From Balanoglossus misakiensis (Eukaryota; Animalia; Hemichordata), in assembly GCA_040954595.2 (NCBI GenBank), contig CM082580.2, positions 12,820,142 to 12,884,141 on the forward strand: a stretch of DNA of 64,000 nt, given 5' to 3'. Below, in pieces: positions 1 through 13,887 of the stretch; position 1 is the stretch's first letter; every line of letters starts with the position of its first letter. Both the position numbers and the translations under genes were made by a program. The notes under the pieces were generated by a model. It saw only the letters and a list, made by a program, of their open reading frames with translations. It had not been told where the DNA came from and searched no databases.

Positions 1-417
1 CTAATAATAGCAGTTCAGATATCAACACGATTGTGTTACTACTAGCATCGCTTTGGTCCCAGTTACCAGCAAAGTGCCATCACTTTTAAACATCGTCGGA
101 GGTTGACGACTTTGCACGTCGAATACACGAGCAAAAATCCGTTCACGGTAAGTTATTTTAAAAATTATCATTGATCATTTCCCCCACGTTCTTCCAAGAT
201 ATTACAACCGCACAGATACAAATCGACGAAAAAAATTAAACATTTTCTTTATCATAGCCAGATTAAGAACAGTTTAATACATTACTAACCCTATAAACGG
301 CTACTGCTTTGATTCATCGCGTATACATGATTGGTAACAGAATCGTCTTCATCTTTTTATGTTTTTTTTTCCAGAGAGAAGATACTTCCTCCCGACACCC
401 TACACCCCTCAAGAAGA

Positions 418-3400
418 ATGTCAAGTAAGGACCTGTTGCTCGCTCTGCTCGTGCTGTGTTTGCAAAGTGGATTTATTCAGGCTCTTCCGACACCGCAACA
501 AGGCGATAGCGAGAGTGACGATACAGAGCCGCCGGCAGAGGATGAACACGACGGAGTTATCGACGGAACCATGATAAATTCCATGATGAAAGCTGAATTC
601 TCTCACCACGATTCGTACTCAATGAGCGTAAGTATTGCTTTTTCACCTGGTCATGCAGCTGACCATGGTGAATATTGGCAGGCGACTAATTAACTTTGGC
701 ATCCAGAGCTCATTTCGTTCGGCGCTGTATCTGCACTGTAGTGTGGAACTTGACAGCTGAAAATGATACACCGCCAAAATCTTATGTGCGCACTACGTTG
801 AGAATTACCAAAAAACACACTTTTGATGTATTTGTTCGCGTGGCCAGATTTGTATATGTTCTTGTCGAGTGACTTGCTCTCCGAGAGATTAAGTTTAACC
901 GCGGAAACTAATCTCTCGCAGGTGGATGATCTATTGAAGACGCTGATGTTCTTGACACGAACAGACACATGCAAGCAAGACACTATTACAGGTGAGTTTG
1001 TAGAGTTTATTTGTCATAACGCATGGCTCCAAACCAAGTTACCCTTGATTTGCATGAAGTGACAAAATTATTTTAACAATTCGCGTGTCGAGGGTGGAGG
1101 TAACTTTGCGACAGGAAATATTGACTATTAAACGAATCGAATTGCGCCTCCTAGGCCTAAGTCAGTTGTCAGGTAAAGTAAAGCGCAGCTGTGAAGTAAT
1201 GTGTACACTTGGCCGACTCGAAATAATAATTCACCAAGAGTTACTAGTAAACATCAAGGAGAGTCGTAAACGTCAGACATCAGTGATAAAGTCGCATCAG
1301 TTGCGGCTTATACACTTCAAAGAGTTCAGTTTGGAGTGGGAAGAGACAACAGGTGGTTGGTTTTGCCGACAACAGACCATAATCTACATCTATCTGCATG
1401 TGAAGGCTTTGCTAAAGTTTGCTAGTAGTCATTTGCATGTGAATGACATGAAGGTGTATGAAGAAATGTTGTACGGCAGTGAAAGGATTTCCATACATTG
1501 ACCATATCACTTTTTCTTGCGTTTCGATAACAGCGCCACCAATCATCACCGATGTCCGACACGAATTCAAGCACGAACAGGTGACCGTGAGGGTGCAGGA
1601 GGAAGAGAACGTCGTGAATTACTTCGTGGTCTACCAGGGTGTGGGCAACGCCTTCAATTTCGCGCTGAGGAGCGGGACGAAGACGAACCTGCCCCTGAGA
1701 AACGTGCCGAGGGACACGGTAATCCTGGTCGAGATCTTCGCACTCAGACGCTGCATGTGGCAGGTGTTCTGGAGCAGCTCTGTCTATCTGGAAGTGAAAG
1801 TGTCACAAGGTATTTAACGTGATTAGTGTTTATTGTTCCGCTCCCTTTTAACACTTTCCCTAGTCTTAAAAACACAACTATCTGCTAACAGGGCAAAATA
1901 TGTCGAAGGCGCCGCTAGGAGTTGGCTTTTCTGACTTTCACGGTGACTGCACGTGCGGTCTTCCATTTATATGACGTGGCGGTATTTAACCGGGGCTGAT
2001 TTCCGTCGCTGAACATCTGTTCAGCTAAGCCATGCGTGATTATTACCAATATCAGCCACGGTGTGTTACTGCTCCTTCGGGATTAATGCGACCGCGCTTC
2101 ACATAAATTGTATGATAACTGGTCACGCAATGTTGCTGCGAGACAACGGTGATTGATTGCCAGACAGTGAAGCAAAAGTGCGTTCGGTGGGTCGACTACA
2201 TTTATATATGATCTACAGTCCTATTCTCGGGTAGCCCACAGCGCATTGCTTTCTCTAGGGTCTATGGTATAAGTTGCAAATATGATTATACCGACACTGT
2301 GCGTTGTGACAAGCTCAGGTTTTTGTGGTCTTCAAGGTAACCTGAAGGCAGCGCCTAGGATCGAATGATTATTAATTATTATAATGTCATTTCGTCCGCA
2401 GATGACGAGGTAACTATTGTGACGCCACCAGCGGCGACGCGTTGTAAAGGTGAGTGCAATTTGGATAGAAGGGGGTAGGGATATGGAGATTCAGGTAGAA
2501 ACAGCCGGACAGAGACAGTGAGACAGTCCGAAGGAGAGACGGACAGACTCAATGAGAAAAGACAAATACAGAAAGGGAGGGAATGGTAGACAGAAACAGA
2601 CAGATGAGACTATGACCAAATTTAACAAAACGCATTGTTCACTCGTTCACTTTCCAATTCTTATGCATGTACTAGTAATTCACAAGTCCAAATTCTCTTC
2701 AACCTTTTCAGTTCCACGACCTAGTATGGCGCTTGAAGGCAAGCTAAGCGAAGACTCAATGACGTTCAGCATAAAAGCGGAACCGATGATCGACAGGTAT
2801 CTTGTCACAATGGACACCAAAACCACTAGACACCAAACTTACATCAGCAACGGGCCAAGCGGGTACGGTATCAACGGTATGACCATAGGCGAGCTCTCGC
2901 CGGCGTCTATGTACAAGGTAACGATAATCGGGGAGACCAAGTGCTTCGACAAACTTTTCCACGGAGCACCCATCTTCTTCAGCGCCAAGACCATAGGCAC
3001 ACGCGTCGACCCAGAAGGTAATTGCAAATTTGCGCTCGAAGTTCGAGTTGATTTTTTATTATAGGGAACAAGTTCGCCTTGTGTTGATAATAGTGTATCG
3101 GTGTTTTACAATGTAATAAAGATCGGGAACTCAAGTACTGCTTTAGCTACCCAAAACCACGAGGAACCAAAAATAACTATAATGACTCGGGGAACTGACT
3201 GCGGTAAAATAATTTGTCGGGATGACGCATTTTTTGGTCGAAGGTTCCGTTATATGCAGTCGATGTTGTGACTAATAAGACTTGCTTCGGGGAGAACCCT
3301 TCTAAATATCTTGCAATCAACTCCTAAAATAATTTAACTCAAATTTGCGTAAACATAGAGCAGATTGATTTTAATTTATTTTTTGTGTTCTCTTACAGAC

Positions 3401-3448
3401 TACCCGAATGTTGTGCCATCTGACGATTTGATATTGCATACCAATTAG
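418..3448 (+). CDS. Secreted protein (~319 aa) with signal peptide, acidic N-terminal segment and two fibronectin type III-like domains; 6 coding exons (418-627, 922-991, 1534-1809, 2402-2449, 2712-3017, 3399-3448)
   Basis: Signal peptide MSSKDLLLALLVLCLQSGFIQA. All six exons join in frame through GT-AG introns (phases 0,1,1,1,1). Exon 5 has the FN3 motif LSPASMYKVTI; exon 3 is a similar phase-1 beta-rich module. TAG at 3446-3448; no TM segment. Confidence 0.75.
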
Positions 3449-4966
3449 AGGCAATGATATTATATCCACACCTGCCCCACCCCTTCGCCCGCTGTAGACA
3501 GCCACGACCACACACATTTTTACGAAGCAAACATTCCATGTTTTGTCGCCCATCATCATCGCAAATACCGACAGTGTTTCAAGTTCCATCAACGCCATAA
3601 ATTACTTCGTATAATCATGTTCGTGTGTACCCCGTCTTTAAAGGGACGAAGTAGCTGAGATTATGTTAGTTTCTTTTGATGGATTATTTACGCTGCTGTG
3701 CTCACTGAAATATGCTCAATCACAGGTTGTCGCATATACATGCACCCTGTATGTGGACATGACAATTACCACGATGCAATTTTTGGTATTGGCCAAAAAT
3801 TAAGTGGTGGAAGTATTCGTCTGTTGTATGCGCATGTACATGATGCGAGTTGACCTCTGACCGCCGCACATCGGGCATATTTCAGCGATTCGAATAGCAT
3901 AAATGACATGATGTCAAAAGAAACTACAATAACCAGAATTGTGTGAAAAGAGAGCGACTTTGTCTCTCTAAACACATTGATGCCGGTCATCCGACTCAAA
4001 TCAGAAATGTGGGCAGTAAATAAGAACCATAGCGCAAAGACGGTGGAGCGGGTCATTCTAGGAAAGTGGCAACCAGGGGAACATGTTCTACAGTTCGGAC
4101 ATCCACAACATACGGGTATTTTATGCACGTGACTTTACTCTCATTCGCTGTTCCCGTTGGACACTTTATCTAGACGTAAACACGTTTGATGTGGTATAAT
4201 GTGAATTTAATGCTTATTTAAACTCTATAGCATAATATGTGTACAAAAACATTTTCACAGTGGTCGAATGAAGGACCATCCACAAACAAGAATAATATAG
4301 ACAAAAACCAGAAGAAGAAAAACATATAGACCAAACACTCTAGACAAATAAACTAGGGTTATATTACCAATTATTTGATAGTTAAGTTAATCATGTTAAT
4401 GTAAGTTACCTAGATTCGAAAATAGCTCTGCTTGTACGACGTTGTCTCTACATTGGCGAGGCTGCTGACTGTCAGACAAATACGGCAACAATTGCGTTGC
4501 AGTTTCGTTTGGACACAATGTCACCGGCGGTGGTACCTGCGCAACGAATCCGGCTGATTCCAGCGATCAGCGGTGACAGATCGTGTCCAGATCGTTTCTC
4601 GGATACTCTGAATCTCGTCTGTTTAAATAACGATTAGTACTTCTCATCACAACAAAATTAATCTGCATATATTTGATTTTAATGGAAATTATGCGCCTTA
4701 ACCATTTGAGCTACCGATAAATGGAAATCGCTCTTGTTGTATGACGTGTATAACTTGCTCAATAAATGTATATATTGGTATATTACATCACTGGTCAAGA
4801 TGCTCTTTCCACTCCCTGGAGAAATTGATGGTTTGAACGTTCAACAACCTACGCAGTATTTTTTTCTCGCATGTCCATGACTAGACAAGTCTTCATTTTC
4901 TTGCGAATATAGGCACCACCAGCCATGCGAGTTCTATCAGGGTCTCGTCTCGGAAAATGGTCTGCA

Positions 4967-7900
4967 TCACACTTCGGATGGCGCGACGTGTTGGTTGAAG
5001 AATCCCTGCAGAGAAAAGGGCAAAGAGGATCGATATATGCACCGCACTGCAAATTGAAAAAAGACAGTTGAACTCCAAACATTGAACCAGAGCAAGCGAC
5101 TGCTATCCTAATATGCACTCACACTTAAAGTGGTACTCATTTCATGTATAATAGCAACGAGTGCACGTCATTTGGCATGGCCGCAAAATGCATGTAAATG
5201 GCTTTGTGGTGTGACGTCACAAGCGCTTAAGGAGGGCATCCAATCCATGGGCCTGCAGACAATAAACACTGTTTGCCTTGAGTGATGAGTGAACAAGATT
5301 TGCCGCCTGGCATCATGGTTAGGCCGTAATGGAAGTCTGCGATTTTGTCTGAGATCAGTTCACTTACCATTTTTTTCCGGATAAACAAATCAAAAATCGC
5401 GTGGAGATTGTCAGGTTCAGGGCGCTGATCTGGCCGGCCGTCCCAACAGTCGTACATCAAATCATACCTAAAGAAGTTAATTTGCTCAGTAAAAATCAGG
5501 GAATCCCAAACCAGGATATTTTTTATCCACAATGTTTTCTTTATACAAATAGTGTGAAAATTGCGGGTTTTTTTTTTCAAACACGCAGTCATTGACATAG
5601 TAAAACTCACATGTGATCAGTGAAGGAATCAATTTTGTGAAGTTTGAAGCCTTTTCGGACATAACCTACAACAGCTTGGTCATCCATATCGGCATACGGA
5701 AATCCTCCTAGATTAAAACAAAATCAATGTAAAAAAACAACAACCACGACATCAGTTTGATTCCATAACCTGCCACCACATTTTATAAGCGGCGTACACT
5801 AAATTAAAACTTTACTCACCTAATGTGGCAACCTCCCACATGAGAATTCCGAAAGCCCAACTGCAAGATGAACCAAAAGAAATCTTTACAACGCCTGTAG
5901 TCACTGACAGTTAAATGTATCACTTGCACGTTGTTATATCTAGTCTCTTAATCTCAAAAGCAAAAGGTGAAAGTCACGGGTTGACTTCATTTGGAATTAC
6001 TAGAGTAAATGATGACTTACATGTCAGACTCGTGGGTAAATGATCCTTCAACCAGTGATTCCACCGCCATCCAACGAATGGGCATTTTTTGATGAGACTG
6101 AAACAGTGATATGATACTTTCAACCATTGGACTTGTGTATTTAAAGAATATTGTGAAATATTAGGTGTCCCCATGAAAGGGAACATGTTTGCAGCCTCCT
6201 CTAGCGAAGGTGAAGAAGAAGTACTTGCGACGCCAAACTTAGAAATATACTCACCCCACGCAGTCTTGCATAAATACCTTGTTCATAAACATCTCTAGAA
6301 AACCCGAAGTCTCCAATCTTTGCTCGTTTCGTCGAAGATATTAGGATGTTGCGTGCGGCAATATCTCGATGGACTATCTAAATAACAAAGAAACATACAT
6401 GTACCATTATATTGATATCTAAACCAACAACAGCAGTTAGTATAAGGTTTTCGCTCAGTCCAAGATCACCACGTACATGGCAACAGTGAAAGAGTTTATA
6501 ATGCGTAGGAGATGGTGGTGACAGATATTTAGTTGTAGTGTTTACCTTGTGCAATTTCAGGTACAGAAGGGCCTTGATGACGTCATGAACCAGGCTAACA
6601 AGCTGCTGGTCAACTTCATGGCGCATCTCATTCTTTCTGTAAAGCCTGACGTGGCTCAGAAGATCTGTTTCCATTAGCTCCTCCAGGATGTACATGGGGT
6701 GCGATTTCACGATGCCATATAGCTCCACTATGTGTTCGTGATCCCTCAGCAGACTAAGCGAGGTGATTTCATGGCAGAAATCCCGTAGAGAGTATTCATT
6801 GGTACAACCTATACAGATAAGGGGTGTCATACAAGCAATAACAGTCTGGACAACATTACGAGGATGGTGGCTGGTGCGATATTTTTTGTTACATTTTCTC
6901 TGATATAATATTTCATACAGTTATAAATGTACAGCATTGTATATATGTGATGTTCACCTGATATGAGAGATTTGGCTGCCACAGTTGTTGGGTCTTTTCC
7001 GGTTTGGCGCAGTTCGGCTTTGTGAATAATTCCAAACTCCCCTTCTCCTATTCGTGCCATAATTTTGAGCTCTGTATGGTCTATTTCTTGAACATTGACA
7101 CCGTCTAACAGCTTGTTAATCAGTTCTTCTGCGTCTGCCTGAAAGATTGATCACCACTAAAGTTAAACATTCTTTTGATTGTTAAAAGACTGCTATTAAA
7201 ACTTACTACAAATCATTGTGTTATCAAGGCCACGGAGGGACTGCAAGTCACGTGTTGTTTTGGCTTTAAAGAGTGGGTGTCGTCCATTCTGCGGCTGCGC
7301 TCCCATACTACACGGTTGCAGTCGAAGGAGCAAATTGTTATACCGTTGCACTGTACATCATGACCAAATGGTAACAAAGACGCATGACCTAATTACTGAA
7401 AACTTACCTCAGTCATATTTTGCTTCGCACGGCGATACCAGACGAAAGTCACACATGAAGAAATAAGTATTACCAATACTAAACCGACAATGCTGAAACT
7501 TATAATAATATCTCGGTTTTCATTTGCTTCTAAAACTGAAAAGAAATCGTTAACGTTAATTATTATCCTGTAGCAGCTTATAATTCATCAGATGGTGTTC
7601 ATTAGTCATGTCATTTTGAGAAATCATACATAATAATAAGTCCAATAGCCACAAAGTGAGGATTTGCGTCTTGCACGTTAATTTTGTTCTAATACAGCTA
7701 TAAATGTGTGATTCACACAGAAGATTAAATAATGCAGTTTTTCTCACCCAGTTCACATTTTTCTCCAAGTCTCCCTTCTGGGCAGGAACACTGACCATCA
7801 AATTGGCCACAAGATGTTTGGACTGCGCAGTCGCATTGCTTCTCACAATTTGCACCCCATAATCCCACTTGGCATCCTGGAGATTAATATAATCAATCAT

Positions 7901-10900
7901 ATGTCGCCCTTGATTAATCTTGTAAACAACGGTCACTCCACAAAAAATGGCATCACACATCACTAAAATGGCATCTCAAGAACATTTCATGGACACATGG
8001 AAGTTAATGTATTCACCAGACAGCCAATATTATATTGATGTGTAATTAAAATCAATATAACATTAAAACATAATATGTACCTTGTATTCGTAGATTTGCA
8101 TAGTTAGACCAGTAAACATTTTCATCACTGTCTTCAACTCTGCATCGATAGGAACCTGAATACTCGGTCTTTCCATCAACAATCTTCAGTGTAGTGCTGT
8201 TTTTGAGAGACAAGAAACATCAGGGATTGCTCAGAAGGAGCGTATAACCATTTGTCTGTCGGTCTGTCACAGCGAATCTAAATGATCACTTCGCATTTAC
8301 CTTCCATTGATATAACCCGAGGTTATTATTCCCGGTGTCTCCAAAACGTCCAGATCTTTTCCATTGTGTTTCCAGCCGGGGCGTCCGCTTGGATTGAAAC
8401 TGTATGGTATACAGGTAAACGCTTGTCTGTTTCCATTCAGTGGAATGGTAACGGCGTCTGGAGTTAGTCTCACTTCCGGGAATGCTGTCAAATTGCATGA
8501 AACGTTCATGACGTTACCGCAGTGACCACGTGGTTCTCTCGTATTGCCAAGATGTACACTAAAATGGGGGGGGGGGGTGTGCTCTAATGTTGTTTCCAAA
8601 ATAACTTCAAGCTATGAAACAATCCCCCAATTAAAACAAAGCCTATTGTATTAACACCTGCTCTTCGTTGAAAACACAAATGAAACCGCGGCATTCCTGA
8701 TAGATGAACACTTACGTATGTCACATGCAGGACCTGTCCAACCTGCTTGACATTTGCAGGCTCCATTGAAAGGATGGCAGGTTGCACCATTTTGACACAA
8801 GCACGGTGTTGTGCAGAAAAATCCAAATTTGTCGGGGGGACAACCTAGGAAAAGATGTATGTACATGTACATGCTTGTCAGCGAATGACACTTGTTGTCA
8901 CACCATAGCGTATAAAGCACATAAAATGGATGCGTTGACCTTGACTTATGTCTACCGTAGTACATGTACATCAATTACCTTTAAAAATGATGGCTCCACT
9001 TAACTCCAATTGCACACTCCATCGCCCGGGCATGAGAAGACAAGAGCCACTTACAGACGTTGAATTTCTGATATCTATAGATACGTAAGGTACACCGCCC
9101 GTCACGATGTGTGTGTAGCGGGTAAGATCTAACCAATTTGCAAAGATATATTCACTTTCGACGATATTATCTTTTCCAATCTGATGAAACAAAAGGACAT
9201 ATTTAATAGATGTGGCGGGAAATATACCGAACGTGCAGATCACAAATTTATTTGTTTATACAGGCTGCAGGGCACCATTGCAAAGCAGAACAGAATTACC
9301 GTCATCAGGGTCCTCCAAATTTGATCCGAGAATGTTATAACTCTCACCTTATTCAGGGTGTGATCTAGCGTGATAATTTGACCATTTACAAATGCTTTGC
9401 AGTCCATTTCGAGGTCACCAGATGGGGCAAGACTTTTAGTAAAATTAGTGTCAACGGGTGCATAAAATTTTAAGCCACCTGAAAGAAACAACAACAACAA
9501 CAACTACTACAATGTAATATTATTATTTTAAACAAAAATAACAAATGTACCAATTAAAGTAAAAATTTAAACGGAGTCCGACGTTTTTTTGCATAGCTCA
9601 TGTTAATGGGGCCCGGGGCATTAACGGGGGGATTTAACGTTATAGAAACATAATCTAAATTAATAAGAAATTAGAAGATATTTTGAAGTGTAAATGCTAC
9701 CATTTGACTTTTACTGAATATGTATTCTTACAATGACTGTTGTTGATATCCGCACTCCATGCAACATCTTCTCTAAACCCCTTGCCATCGACGTTGAGGA
9801 CGGCGATATTCATCGGTCGCCAAGAAGTTTCCTGCACGCACACAAAAAGCCACACTCGTCTTTATTTGGCGCATGGCGTTAAATATGGAAAATGGAAACA
9901 TTTTGGCCCGGGGATGTTGGGAACGTTTATGCAGAGTTAACGCTAGTATGACTTCTTAAAGTGAACAATAGTTCGTTGTAACTAGTTGTAATGGCATTAG
10001 TGCAAGAAACGCATAAACCCTGAATCATCAACGTTAACAAATAAATTCAACACACTCACTTTTCTAGGGGGCATTGCACAAGATTCGTTATAGAACGGAG
10101 GCCAAGTATTGACGTCGATGAGGCTGACGTTAAGGATAAAATACCACTGAAAACGAAAGAACCAGTTATGATATATAACCAATGCCATTATCCATGGCGT
10201 TTGCAAATGTACAATTTATATTCAAATTACAGTTCCCCTTTTATTCGAACAAAACTGAAAAGATGGAAGTCACCAATGATCCATGGTGAAAGTGTTTACC
10301 TCTAAACAACTTACCCGGTTGTCCATGGTTATATTTAGAAGGTAATTTGACTGGATATTGTAGTCAAGTAAGGCTTTCACTCGGATCTCATTACTGATGG
10401 AGATCATTTCGAAACGACTGTTCTGTAGGATCGATTATAATTCACTTGTTAGTCTAAGAATTGTATGTTATGCTTGAAATGTAGTAAACTATTGACAGGA
10501 TGTGTCCTATCCTACTGGTATGATTCAAAGCTACGCCAAATCTCTTTTTGAGAGAGAAAGAGATACAAACAAACAAACAAACAAACAAACAAACAAACAA
10601 ACAAACAAACAAACAAACAAACAAACAAACAAACAAACAAACAAACAAACAAAAACAAGAAAACAAACACTTACGTTGTTTCCACCTACGATCGTAAAGT
10701 CGCATCGTGGACATGTTTTGCAACTTTCAAAGCTATATATAGTCGTGCTTATGGATATATTCTGTAAGATATCAAAAATATATCTAAATATACAGTTAGA
10801 GTTAATGAAGAGATTAGGGGCCATTTTAAATTTCATTGTTCCCCAAGCCACAAGACAGTTACTTCTTGATCTTAAAATGGGATGGATGTCTCAATGACAC

Positions 10901-11660
10901 CTACCTCGGGAATTTGAACAGCGTCGTAGGCTGTCGTGCAGTCAGATGTTGAAGTGGCAATATTCCTCCCTGTAAAGCAAGGTTGCGACAACATTGCCAT
11001 CATCATTTACAATAGACGCTGTACATTTCTGAAGTCTGTGAACGCCGATGCTATTGAAAGACCGATTTACTTCTCTACAGTAAGAACTGATTTCTCTCAA
11101 AAGAGAAAAGATTTATGAGGAGAAATTGAGGAATAAAATTGCATGTCATGTAACACGGCTTGGTATAGTTCCTATTGGTTACCTGGGCATTCAACTTTTA
11201 ATGAATTTTATTTGCCTCATACCAAATTGGTGTTGTTTTTTTATTGCTGGTTTACCGATGTGATGTGCAAACTTTCGGGTCGATAAAAAGAGTGCAAATC
11301 AAATCAATCATATGTCGTGAGGATATAGCTTTGCAACCATGCTTTGCGATAAGGATCAATTTATACACAGACTTTGAATATCGAAAATGAAGCCTTGGTG
11401 CGTATGGCGCATTTTTGTTGACAATGTCAAACTTTCGAAACTATCGAAACTCAGTAATAGGGGCTCTTCAGATTTCACACGTTGAATATGAGATAATTGG
11501 GCATTCTCCCAAAACGTAAGTGGTGAGATATAGTAAAATAAAATAATGGACTTCTCTCGCAACATTATAACTTTAGATTAAAATTGTTCTCTGACTTACC
11601 CAGCCCCGAATTCACTGTGAGTAGAACCACTGTTAATGTGAATATAAAAGAGTTGGTCAT
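4967..11660 (-). CDS. Receptor tyrosine kinase: signal peptide, cadherin repeat, unassigned domain, EGF-like, Ig-like, EGF-like, TM, tyrosine kinase; ~19 coding exons; last exon uncertain
   Basis: Signal exon [20 protein letters not shown] (11660-11600). Cadherin motifs [31 protein letters not shown] (10969-10060). [43 protein letters not shown] (~8846-8716). Ig C..WKHNG..YSGSYRC (~8490-8080). [31 protein letters not shown] (~7878-7747). [29 protein letters not shown] (~7535-7408). Kinase [50 protein letters not shown]. Confidence 0.9.
10565..10652. repeat. (ACAA)n tetranucleotide microsatellite in an RTK intron
   Basis: About 21-22 perfect ACAA units; source of the spurious QTNK/FVCL ORFs. 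Confidence 0.95.
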
Positions 11661-12029
11661 CGTTGTCTTTAATCCGTTGCCAATATCGTCATGTCTGATA
11701 GGGATGGAATTAAAAAAATACAATTGTCACACACTCAGACTTATGGTCGAGTTTGCGCGGCTGAAAAGGGGCGCTCACGCAAAACCTCGAATAACCCTGA
11801 GTGTTCCTTCTGGACTTGAAGCGCGCAACTTCAGAAAAAAAAACCTGTAATTTGGTGTCAGATAAACAGATTTTGCCGTTTTCCCCCATATTACAGTAAC
11901 GATACGTATCTGTACCTCTCAATCACTGTCCGCAGTTTCCATTAAAGTTTATAGAAATGGAGGATTCTCAATGCAAGTGAAACAGAGTCGGCAATTTATT
12001 CGAACTCACCGTGTTGCTCGTTCTTGCAT

Positions 12030-13863
12030 TATCTTCGGCCAGCCTCACCCCCAGAATTATATTTCTAGGATACGGATGTGATTTTAGCTAACGTGTTCAA
12101 AAGACTTGAGTCCAGCCAACTTTATACGACTAATTTTGATTTCATGTGACAAAAAAGTCCAGCTAAAATGACGTACCATCATGTGAGAAGCACAGAATAT
12201 AAAACGAGAAGTATAAATTCAGAAGTTAGATGTACATTAGAAATATTTGGAGCGTTGAGTAAGTGTGAATAGCTTTAGTTCGTGAATTTTTGAATTTGGA
12301 ATTATTGCCAATTTTCCCTCAGTACCCAAACGCTTACCCATATTGGATATAAAGTATTACATTCTGCTGATACGATTCCGCGATTAATGCCTGTCATCAC
12401 GACATAAGCTTAAACCATAGACTGCCAATGCTTAAACATACCTCTGAATATAGATCAGCAGAACCCGTTGGTCAGCGTCGAGAGTACGTTGATGACATTC
12501 ACTTCGTTGGGGAGAGCAAGGCTTCACTCGCCAGAAAACTTTGTACTGAAACGGTGTTTAATGTTGGCCACCATGGAAACAAGAAGTGAAACTCTAGAGG
12601 AATCTGTCACTTTGCGCGCGTTAATATACTACCCATAAAACATATTTCAAAGCTCAAATGCCAGTGTTTCCAAGTAGTTTGTGTGTCGGTACGTGGCTCT
12701 CGCAATGTCATAAAACTCTTCGGAAAAATTAATCGGACAACCTTAATTTACTACATGAATATTGCAACGCATTGAAAATGCGACTGGCTTTCAAGGAACA
12801 GTTCAGTCTGCAGCCTAAGATTTGGTGACAATGAAATGTGTAACTATTAAACGCCACAGAAACAAAATACTCTTGTGTATAATTGGTATATATTGATTAT
12901 TCTCAGCAAATGCGACAAAGAAGACAATTGAGTCGGAATATAGGCAAGAAAACGTATTTTATTCTCGGATTGTCTTTTCCCATTCAATAGTGATTCGCTG
13001 ACTTATCTCGATGAATAAAATGTTCGTGATTTATTCGGTGCTTGTCTTTAGTTTCTTAGGAATGGGCAGACAGTCCGTTTTCACATCTTCCGCCTGTTTT
13101 TGTTTTCAGTTTCTTGGTTTTCTCCCTTACGGCTGTCAAGATGTCGGAAATTGATGATGGGCAGCCCCCAAAGCGGTTCATTTTTTGAGTTTCCTTCATT
13201 TTTGCGTGTACTATACGACACACTCTGATCACAGCAATGAAGTTATGGAGTCTTGTTATGAGGGCGACAATGTTGACCAACTTAGGGGATCAACGTTAAG
13301 GACGCCATCCAGGGGACCTCAGTTCTGCAAGGTGTTGACAGAGGAAGCGTTCAATTTCTCAGGTATTCGTAGCACCACAATTGAAGTGATGCAGATTCTT
13401 TGTACCCTCAGATATTCACTGTATTTCTGTCAACTTTTCTGGGTGATCAGCGACCCGCGCGACTCTAACTGTACACGTAGTTTCGGCCCCTCCCCCTGGT
13501 TACGCCTTGACTTCCGGGTTGTAAGGCTTGGGCAGGTATCTGTGGTAGAAGCATGTGGAGGGTGTCCGGCTATATCTGCGCCACCTCCCGGGGTCTATAG
13601 TTGACAGGCAGCACAGCCAGAACATCGGATACTATCCACATGTTAGGGTATCTTCTACATAAGTGCATAAAATCTGACCCTAATACCATGGACCACGCCC
13701 CTTTGTCAATGCCTTGTCATGACATAAACCATACAGGACTTCCATGTTCTGACATAACAGTGATAACACATATTCAGGGAAACTGATAACAGTTACTTGC
13801 TGATATGTTAATTCTGAGATGTTTGTGTAATTTGTTTTTCTTGCTTCGGAAATTTATTTACAG
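12030..13863. promoter_or_regulatory. Divergent promoter/5' UTR region shared by the RTK (-) and NADSYN1 (+)
   Basis: Head-to-head gene orientation. ETS-like CTTCCGG at ~13511 followed by donor-like GTAAGG. Minus-strand donor GTGAG at ~12005-12009 suggests an upstream RTK exon. Confidence 0.4.
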
Positions 13864-13887
13864 GATCGTGCTGAGCCAGTTGCAAAG

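Noticed and set aside
1085-1501. 138-aa ORF and similar intronic/intergenic ORFs (e.g. 3766-4128, 13185-13604, 41445-41873)
   Set aside because: No recognisable motifs or consistent splice signals; they lie in introns or UTRs of better-supported genes.
10454-10897. ORFs with QTNK/FVCL repeats
   Set aside because: Translation of the (ACAA)n microsatellite; only 10761-10675 on the minus strand is a real exon.
4967-11660. Naming the RTK as Tie or Ret
   Set aside because: It lacks Tie's FN3 repeats and Ret's multiple cadherin-like domains plus Cys-rich domain; orthology needs a phylogeny.
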